From NCBI GenBank assembly GCA_965644495.1, contig CBFFSA010000002.1, positions 868,001 through 932,000 on the forward strand: DNA of 64,000 bases. The letters are read 5' to 3'. Of the stretch, positions 55,691 through 64,000 are shown one piece after another (within the stretch, counting starts at the first letter, position 1; each line of letters starts with the position of its first letter). Origin of the DNA: Perkinsela sp. CCAP 1560/9. Lineage: Eukaryota > Protista > Euglenozoa: Kinetoplastea. Made by a program: the position numbers and the translations under genes. Under the pieces are notes generated by a model. That model saw nothing but the letters and a program-made list of their open reading frames with translations, searched no databases and had not been told where the DNA came from.

Positions 55691-58600
55691 GGCCAGCTGG
55701 CCATGTTGTGGAAGTGACCATGTTGTGGAAGTGACCATGTTTTAGAAGTGGCCAATTTGTGGAAGGGTGGCCAGCTGGCCATGTTGTGGAAGGGTGGCCA
55801 GCTGGCCATGTTGTGGAAGGGTGGCCAGCTGGCCATGTTGTGGAAGGGTGGCCAGCTGGCCATGTTGTGGAAGGGTGGCCAGCTGGCCATGTTGTGGAAG
55901 GGTGGCCAGCTGGCCATGTTGTGGAAGGGTGGCCAGCTGGCCATGTTGTGGAAGGGTGGCCAGCTGGCCATGTTGTGGAAGGGTGGCCAGCTGGCCATGT
56001 TGTGGAAGGGTGGCCAGCTGGCCATGTTGTGGAAGGGTGGCCAGCTGGCCATGTTGTGGAAGGGTGGCCAGCTGGCCATGTTGTGGAAGGGTGGCCAGCT
56101 GGCCATGTTGTGGAAGGGTGGCCAGCTGGCCATGTTGTGGAAGGGTGGCCAGCTGGCCATGTTGTGGAAGGGTGGCCAGCTGGCCATGTTGTGGAAGGGT
56201 GGCCAGCTGGCCATGTTGTGGAAGGGTGGCCAGCTGGCCATGTTGTGGAAGGGTGGCCAGCTGGCCATGTTGTGGAAGGGCGGCCAGCTGGCCTAGTTGT
56301 GGAAGGGTGGCCAGCTGGCCAGAGACACTCTCCGCATAAGGGATGCACCCAACAGCGTCATATGCGCAAGTTAGTTACATCCTCAAAATACTCTATCTTA
56401 AAAGATATCATCATGGCCAGCTGGCCATGTTGTGGAAGTGACCATGTTGTGGAAGTGACCATGTTTTAGAAGTGGCCAATTTGTGGAAGGGTGGCCAGCT
56501 GGCCATGTTGTGGAAGGGTGGCCAGCTGGCCATGTTGTGGAAGGGTGGCCAGCTGGCCATGTTGTGGAAGGGTGGCCAGCTGGCCATGTTGTGGAAGGGT
56601 GGCCAGCTGGCCATGTTGTGGAAGGGTGGCCAGCTGGCCATGTTGTGGAAGGGTGGCCAGCTGGCCATGTTGTGGAAGGGTGGCCAGCTGGCCATGTTGT
56701 GGAAGGGTGGCCAGCTGGCCATGTTGTGGAAGGGTGGCCAGCTGGCCATGTTGTGGAAGGGTGGCCAGCTGGCCATGTTGTGGAAGGGTGGCCAGCTGGC
56801 CATGTTGTGGAAGGGTGGCCAGCTGGCCATGTTGTGGAAGGGTGGCCAGCTGGCCATGTTGTGGAAGGGTGGCCAGCTGGCCATGTTGTGGAAGGGTGGC
56901 CAGCTGGCCATGTTGTGGAAGGGTGGCCAGCTGGCCATGTTGTGGAAGGGTGGCCAGCTGGCCATGTTGTGGAAGGGTGGCCAGCTGGCCATGTTGTGGA
57001 AGGGTGGCCAGCTGGCCATGTTGTGGAAGGGTGGCCAGCTGGCCATGTTGTGGAAGGGCGGCCAGCTGGCCTAGTTGTGGAAGGGTGGCCAGCTGGCCAT
57101 GTTGTGGAAGGGTGGCCAGCTGGCCATGTTGTGGAAGGGTGGCCAGCTGGCCATGTTGTGGAAGGGTGGCCAGCTGGCCTAGTTGTGGAAGGGTGGCCAG
57201 CTGGCCATGTTGTGGAAGGGTGGCCAGCTGGCCATGTTGTGGAAGGGTGGCCAGCTGGCCATGTTGTGGAAGGGTGGCCAGCTGGCCATGTTGTGGAAGG
57301 GTGGCCAGCTGGCCATGTTGTGGAAGGGTGGCCAGCTGGCCATGTTGTGGAAGGGTGGCCAGCTGGCCATGTTGTGGAAGGGTGGCCAGCTGGCCATGTT
57401 GTGGAAGGGTGGCCAGCTGGCCATGTTGTGGAAGGGCGGCCAGCTGGCCATGTTGTGGAAGGGTGGCCAGCTGGCCATGTTGTGGAAGGGTGGCCAGCTG
57501 GCCATGTTGTGGAAGGGTGGCCAGCTGGCCATGTTGTGGAAGGGTGGCCAGCTGGCCATGTTGTGGAAGGGTGGCCAGCTGGCCATGTTGTGGAAGGGTG
57601 GCCAGCTGGCCATGTTGTGGAAGGGTGGCCAGCTGGCCATGTTGTGGAAGGGTGGCCAGCTGGCCATGTTGTGGAAGGGTGGCCAGCTGGCCATGTTGTG
57701 GAAGGGTGGCCAGCTGGCCATGTTGTGGAAGGGTGGCCAGCTGGCCATGTTGTGGAAGGGTGGCCAGCTGGCCATGTTGTGGAAGGGTGGCCAGCTGGCC
57801 ATGTTGTGGAAGGGTGGCCAGCTGGCCATGTTGTGGAAGGGTGGCCAGCTGGCCATGTTGTGGAAGGGTGGCCAGCTGGCCTAGTTGTGGAAGGGTGGCC
57901 AGCTGGCCATGTTGTGGAAGGGTGGCCAGCTGGCCATGTTGTGGAAGGGTGGCCAGCTGGCCATGTTGTGGAAGGGTGGCCAGCTGGCCATGTTGTGGAA
58001 GGGTGGCCAGCTGGCCATGTTGTGGAAGGGTGGCCAGCTGGCCATGTTGTGGAAGGGTGGCCAGCTGGCCATGTTGTGGAAGGGTGGCCAGCTGGCCATG
58101 TTGTGGAAGGGTGGCCAGCTGGCCATGTTGTGGAAGGGTGGCCAGCTGGCCATGTTGTGGAAGGGTGGCCAGCTGGCCATGTTGTGGAAGGGCGGCCAGC
58201 TGGCCATGTTGTGGAAGGGTGGCCAGCTGGCCATGTTGTGGAAGGGTGGCCAGCTGGCCATGTTGTGGAAGGGTGGCCAGCTGGCCATGTTGTGGAAGGG
58301 TGGCCAGCTGGCCATGTTGTGGAAGGGTGGCCAGCTGGCCATGTTGTGGAAGGGTGGCCAGCTGGCCATGTTGTGGAAGGGTGGCCAGCTGGCCATGTTG
58401 TGGAAGGGTGGCCAGCTGGCCATGTTGTGGAAGGGTGGCCAGCTGGCCATGTTGTGGAAGGGTGGCCAGCTGGCCATGTTGTGGAAGGGTGGCCAGCTGG
58501 CCATGTTGTGGAAGGGTGGCCAGCTGGCCATGTTGTGGAAGGGTGGCCAGCTGGCCATGTTGTGGAAGGGTGGCCAGCTGGCCATGTTGTGGAAGGGTGG

Positions 58601-58900
58601 CCAGCTGGCCATGTTGTGGAAGGGTGGCCAGCTGGCCATGTTGTGGAAGGGCGGCCAGCTGGCCATGTTGTGGAAGGGTGGCCAGCTGGCCATGTTGTGG
58701 AAGGGTGGCCAGCTGGCCATGTTGTGGAAGGGTGGCCAGCTGGCCATGTTGTGGAAGGGTGGCCAGCTGGCCATGTTGTGGAAGGGTGGCCAGCTGGCCA
58801 TGTTGTGGAAGGGTGGCCAGCTGGCCATGTTGTGGAAGGGTGGCCAGCTGGCCACCAAAAACACGGTTTGTGCTTCGTCGAAAAGTGGCCAGCTGGCCAC
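55690..58900. repeat. 27-bp satellite (GGCCATGTTGTGGAAGGGTGGCCAGCT)n, more than 100 units in two arrays
   Basis: Nearly homogeneous units containing the 14-bp palindrome TGGCCAGCTGGCCA, with a 724-bp higher-order duplication. Confidence 0.97.
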
Positions 58901-59957
58901 CAAAAACACGGTTCGCATTTTGTATATATGTAGAGAAAAAAAAACGAGCAGGGTCATACTATTCTCAGAGAGAGCTATTCTCAGAGAGAGGGTGGGACAG
59001 GAGAGACACAGAGTGAGGATGTGTAGAAAAAGAAGGGCGTGGAAAGGTGGGCGGTAGAAATAAAGGAAAGAGAAAGAGAATCACTCCGGCCAGGGACACT
59101 GCTAGCATACTTTGAAAGCTTTGGTTGATGATTTAGGCTAGTAGTATTGGGGCTTAGCGCACCCCGCCGCCCGAGCTAAGACACTTCACTATAGTGGTAC
59201 AAGTAGGAAATTGAATCATTACTGTATTAGTAATGAAAAAGCCACTTTTGGAGGAAGACTGCCAGGAATTTGAAATTTTGTATGGTTTGACAATGTATGA
59301 AAAGTGAAGTTGGCGTTTACGAGGTTGAAGTGTGTTCAGGTACAGTAATCGAGCGGCATTTCGTGCTAGAGTAATTTCAAACACTTTTTTTATTCCTCTA
59401 GTATGCCGAAAAAGAGACATACCCACCTGTCGTCTCACGAGAGTCAAAAAATACGTTGCAATATTTGCGGATGCTTTAGTTTGCAAAGAAACATGAAGCG
59501 GCACATGCGGGAGAAGCATTGCAAAGATGGTGAGGAAATGTATGATGTTCAGAAAGTAGAAGGGTGCGTTAACGTTGCACTTTACATGTGCGATGTTTGC
59601 AATATTGAAGTAGTGAGAAAGAACGTTCAACGGCATGAGAAAGGGGAATCTCATCAAATTAGAGCCTTCTTAGCAACGTATAACAAATCCCATAGAAAGG
59701 TGCTTTTCTTACCTAGCAGGCGAGTGTTCAGATGCTCCTCCTGCAAATATAGAGGTGCTGCTTCACTGGAAAACGTGAAACTGCATGTTTCCACCCCTGA
59801 ACATAACGTAAAAATTGCCTCTTTGTCTCATGCACGCCAGAGTGAGTCAATTTACCAGAACACGCGTCCTTCCCAGGAATTTGCATTGACGGAAGAAAGC
59901 AATGCCATACAACAGAAGTGGAAACTAGCATCAATTGAAAAGGCAGAAGAATGGGCC

Positions 59958-61349
59958 AGGGGGGGCATTCGATGAAAATTCATCGAACGCACTGCTAGTT
60001 CGATGAATATTCATTGAACGGCGTCCCGTTCGATGACCAGGCGTCCCGTTCGATGAATATTCATCGAACGGGCAGTGCGTTCGATGAATCATTCATCCAA
60101 CGGGCACTTCTGCACGAATTTTTCGTCTCGATTTTTTTTGGGGAATTTGAACATTACCATCTCGTTTACATGTCTGGAGGCAAGGCCCAACTGTCAGCGA
60201 AGCCCAAGTGTGCAAGCAAGGCCCCCGTCTGCGAGCAAGGCCCAACTGTGAGCGTAGCCCGCTTCTGGAGGCAAAAGCCCCCCTTTGCGAGCAAGGCCCA
60301 ACTGTGAGCGTAGCCCTGGGACATAATTATATTTTTTGGCGACCCGCGCGCTCCATGCGGAGGTGGTGGATATTAGCACGGCGGGCGGATGAGTTGGCAT
60401 CACGGCCTTCTTTTTCCATCGGGCACGAGGGAGCGGCAAAATCTCAGGAGCTACTCCTGATTCTTTTGCTTTGGAGCGTGTGAACACTCCCATGAAAGGT
60501 AAAAAAAGTAAATAATCAACAAGGTACAGAAACTGTATCTTTATCGTTAAAGATTATTGTACGTGTGCTTCTCTCTAGATTCGTGGGAAGCAATTTGCGA
60601 AGCCCAACTACCTTGATAACAAATTTTAGTACCCATTTTGGCCGCGCGGGGGCCCCCGCGTGAGCGGGGGTGCGCGCGGCCGCGAAACGGCGAGGGCCCG
60701 CGTGAGCGGGCCTGAGCCGTACCCCGCGTAGGATTCCCCTGTGCGTCGTTAGTGGGAAGCAATTTGCGAAGCTCACTGAATTTCGTAGTTTTCGCTACGC
60801 AGGCGTTGTCAACGTATATAGTGAAGTGTAGGATACTGAACGCACGGAAAATGAAAATTAAAAACAATTCTTGGGTGTTCCACAAAAGTCCTTGACTTGC
60901 ACCGTAAATTTCCGTTCGTTGAGTACTCAACGAAAATCCGGCAGTTCGTTGAGTACAACGAACGTACCCCCAACCCAATATTTTTTGGGTCGCGCACTGA
61001 GGACCTGTGTCTGCCACTTCCGCAGGTTTGTGTATTTGTAAGTTATGATTTTATCTTTGTAAACTTATGAGGCAATAGTTTTAAGAATACTTCCGCTTTT
61101 TGATAACGTTTCGGATTTATTTTTGTCTTACGGATCAAGGTAGCAGCCAGGAGCGTGATGCAGACCGAAACGAGCTTTTTTTTTACAAAAAAAAATTGTT
61201 TTTTCATTCATCGAACAGGAAATCCTGTTCGATGAATGATTCATCGAACGAGTCGTACTGCAATCCATTCATCGAACAGGACATCCTGTTCGATGAATAT
61301 TCATCTAGCGGACAGTACGTTCGATGAATATTCATCGAGTGCCCCCCCT
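59958..61349. mobile_element. Non-autonomous TIR element inserted in the Helentron ORF
   Basis: TIRs AGGGGGGGCA(T/C)TCGATGAA(A/T)ATTCATCGAACG with palindromic TTCGATGAATATTCATCGAA subterminal repeats at both ends. Removing it rejoins EEW-(A)PEECPRS in frame. Confidence 0.85.
60517..60550 (-). other. Spliced-leader exon copy followed by a 23-nt U-rich UTR and an ATG ORF (60493-60194)
   Basis: Minus strand reads TTAACGATAAAGATACAGTTTCTGTACCTTGTTG-attatttactttttttacctttc-ATG. Confidence 0.8.
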
Positions 61350-61397
61350 CCCGAAGAATGCCCTCGATCTGCATCACTAAAATTTTTACAGGGATCA

Positions 61398-61784
61398 AAT
61401 CCAATCCAAATCCAAATCATTCCGGATTGCTCCGGATGGTCACTGGCAAGCCAGACCCTTCACAGACAGATTTGGAAGTTCCGAGGCCGACGTCCTCTAC
61501 CAGTTTCCGCTTGCCCAAGGCGGCACCAACGTGATGTTGCCAACACGCTGCGTCGACGAACTGTACGTCAACACGGCTCACCCAAGAGGTGTAAGCCGTG
61601 TAAGGGAGCTAGTTCCCTGAGGGGAGGGTCCGGGACGGTCCTCCGAGTACTTTGGCCTAGTCGGTTCTCAGCCCAGCCTCTTAGAGTGAGGCCGCCGGGA
61701 ATATTGCGATGAGTGGGTTTGAACTCGCCGTCTGGGCACCATGTGCTTCAAACTTTGAGTTCTTGCCACTCCGCCACCTCCACT
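61398..61784 (-). mobile_element. tRNA-derived SINE (387 bp)
   Basis: 9-bp TSD CAGGGATCA (61389-61397, 61785-61793). Minus-strand head with A box TGGCGGAGTGG and B box GAGTTCAAACC; (GGATT/GGATTT)n tail. Removing it restores the Rep frame LQGS-PMFP. Confidence 0.85.
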
Positions 61785-64000
61785 CAGGGATCACCAATGT
61801 TTCCAAAGGATTGGAAGCAGGAATTGAAGCCTTGCACGTCTGAAGAAAAAGCTGAATGTTTTCATAATTTCCAAAGGAATACAGAGCTTAAAGCTACGTC
61901 GTGTGGCGTGTGTGGGGTTATTGAACCTTCCCATGAGATTTTGGAAGGAATCCCTGTAAAAGACTGTGACATGCTTCGCGCTATCATGGATGCAAACTTA
62001 AAAGGAAAACACACGTCTTCGATAGGTGGAAATCTGTATTGCATAGATTCGGAGGCGGTGTTTGGTACTGAGGTGCGCTCGTGTTCTCGTTGCAGGAAAA
62101 GCGTTAGACTAGGAGGCATCCCATACTTTTCGTTTAAGAACGACTTGGACTTTGGTCTGAATTTAAGAGATCTCCGTTTGCCAACATTGGGAGTTGTCGA
62201 ACGATCGGCCATATGCCGTATTCTGAATTTCCAGACGCTCTGTGAAATTCGTCATGGGCGGAATTTTGAGAAAAAATTTTGAAATCATGTTATTTCATTG
62301 TTTTCAACAGGACCTCAGGACATAGCTCAGATTCTTCCAGCTACTGAACAGAGGGTGTTTGTGACATTTGTCGGTGAACAAACAAAAAGGAAAGCTGAAA
62401 CAGATGCTTCCCTACAGGCATATTTCTCTGTTCGGGCTGACGCTACAAGAGCTTGGCTTTATTTTCTTAAAGAACACAATGTATTCTACTCAGATATTCA
62501 CATATCGGAACAGAGAATAGAGGATTTGGTGAACGAAAGCAAAAGAATACTTGAAGAAGCAACTGTTGTCAACAATGCCATTTCAGTGGCAGCTTCACTA
62601 TTAGCTCATAAACGAAACGCGATAGAAGAAGAAAAGTCGGAGGTAGAAAACGTTTTACTATGTGAACCTCCCCAACGAAATGCTGAGGATGAGATAGTCG
62701 AAAGCCTAACAAACCTCATAAAAGGTAATGACCAAAGAAGGCACCATGCCAGAATTCACGTTACAAGTGCAGCTAAAGAGTTTAACGAGAATGACAAAAT
62801 TTTGGGAACGGGGTTTCCAGATCTTTTTCCAGTTCTTTCTGAAGCGTCTGCCAATCTCCTAAAGCGCCCCCTTACTCCTGACAGCGGCCTGAAGCATTTG
62901 TTGTTGCAAAAAGACCCTCGTTGGTGCAGAAACGGAAATTTTGGTTTCTTACATTGGGATCAAATCAGGCGCCATTCCTGAGCTCGAAGTGTGAGGGTCA
63001 AGCCCAATATGTGGAAAAAAGCAAAGAAACTTTTGGAAAAAGAAAATATAATTGTGCAGTTGAAGGAGGCACAGAAGGACCCTCAACGAAAGGAAAATCG
63101 TAAGCTTCTGTTGGAAGCATGCAATGTCCTGCATATTGTAACTGGTGATGTTCCATTTTCCGACGCAGCTCGGAATGCGTGCTTTAAACAAATGGTGGCA
63201 ATTCATGGGTTCATGGGTCATCCGACACTCTACGCCACCGTATCCCCATGCGATCCAGATATGAAAATTACCCTGGAATACCTATGCGCCTCTTCAAAAA
63301 GCGTGCAAGAGGATTTTCTAATTGACGATGCGTACCAAAGAGTACAAAAAGTGCGAGATCACCCTGCATATGCAGCGCAAACATTTCATTTAATTATTGA
63401 TGCGTTACTTACCACGATATTTGGTGTAGTCCCGCACAAACGATTTAAAAAATCAGGCCAATCGGTCAGTGCTATTTCAGAAGAAATGCCCGTCGGAATT
63501 TTCAAGATTATGAAGGGAATGTTTGGGGTGGTTGAGACACAAGGTAGAGGAAATTTGCATATGCATATTGTTATATGGGGCATCCCTCTCGCTGAGTATG
63601 CTTCCGAAAAGATTCATATGGAATCAGAAAGAAACAGTATAAGCCAATTAGTTTCTGATTGGATGACGGTTTCCGTGCCGTGGGATAAAGGAGATACGAG
63701 AAGCGCCGGGGGAAGAGTGGGGTTAGAGCCATGCCCGCCATTCGATAATCAGAAAGCCATGGATATCAGAGAGCATCGAGTTGCATCAACTGTGCAACAG
63801 CATGTGCATACGGAGAAATGTTTCAAAAATATAGGTGTAGCGCCAACAAAATGCCGATATGCATACCCACGCCAGGTTACGCCATTGAATGCTTTTTATT
63901 TGTTAGAACAATCAAGTTCTACACCAGGAAAAGTAGTGGCAAAAACAGTTTCAGAAAATATGGCGGCCCGTGCTGAAAGTACAGAGCCCTCTTTCTTTGG

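Larger units (their letters stand above)
54127..64000 (+). mobile_element. Large Helentron/Helitron2-type rolling-circle transposon (runs off the window; 5' boundary inferred)
   Basis: Y-like 5' end TT-GAGGGAGATAC...GTATCT..CTC...AGGTTAATT, followed by tandem arrays and a ZnF-Rep ORF from 59403. Confidence 0.65.
59403..64000 (+). pseudogene. Helentron Rep(-helicase) ORF: three zinc fingers plus Rep domain, with two insertions and two in-frame TGAs
   Basis: CNIC..H..H, CDVC..H..H, CSSC..H..H; SCGVCG, IPYFSFKNDLDFG, FLKEHNVFY, GFPDLFP, GHPTLYATVSP, VVETQGRGNLHMHIVIW (HUH), QQHVHTEKC...CRYAYP. Confidence 0.88.

Noticed and set aside
55690-58900. CRISPR array or telomere
   Set aside because: No unique spacers and no cas genes. 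The unit is not a short telomeric repeat and the array is internal.
55674-59057. Long ORFs in several frames (MASWPCCGRV..., EGWPAGHVV...)
   Set aside because: Artefact of a stop-free 27-bp unit; not coding evidence.
13395-62981. Stop-codon reassignment suggested by in-frame TGAs (13395, 62280, 62979) and the TAA at 250
   Set aside because: Long host genes contain no in-frame stops and end in TAA, TAG or TGA. The internal stops are mostly in decaying TEs and fit point mutations.

Overview
Eukaryotic DNA, most likely from a kinetoplastid. A Perkinsela-like prokinetoplastid is my best guess, inferred from gene content and not verified. Positions 1-41.7 kb form one co-directional (+), intron-less gene cluster: Utp14, a KREPA-like OB-fold protein, PEX19-like, Fe-SOD, Mpe1/RBBP6-like, KLHDC4, a giant helical-repeat protein, a YVH1-type Zn domain and a WD40/coiled-coil protein. 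Seven short LRR paralogues are interspersed singly among these genes, with insertions of an IS30-derived element, a pogo transposon and a Merlin transposase. Positions 41.7-64 kb are a nested transposon field containing a hAT remnant, two families of non-autonomous Helentron-type elements nested three deep at TT sites, and a CRE-clade non-LTR retrotransposon. A large Helentron follows; it appears to carry a tRNA-like Pol III unit and a 27-bp satellite, and its Rep ORF is interrupted by a TIR element and a tRNA-derived SINE. Most unusual signals: (i) two genomic copies of a kinetoplastid spliced-leader exon inside mobile DNA, one heading a 613-nt hairpin-rich non-coding insert and one heading a UTR plus ATG ORF; (ii) a bacterial-type IS30 element, internally deleted and with triplicated end repeats, splitting a host gene; (iii) recurrent sharp C-rich to G-rich skew inversions every few kb, visible even at synonymous sites of conserved genes; (iv) a tRNA-headed SINE with TSDs. 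All calls come from reading the sequence by eye; no searches were run.
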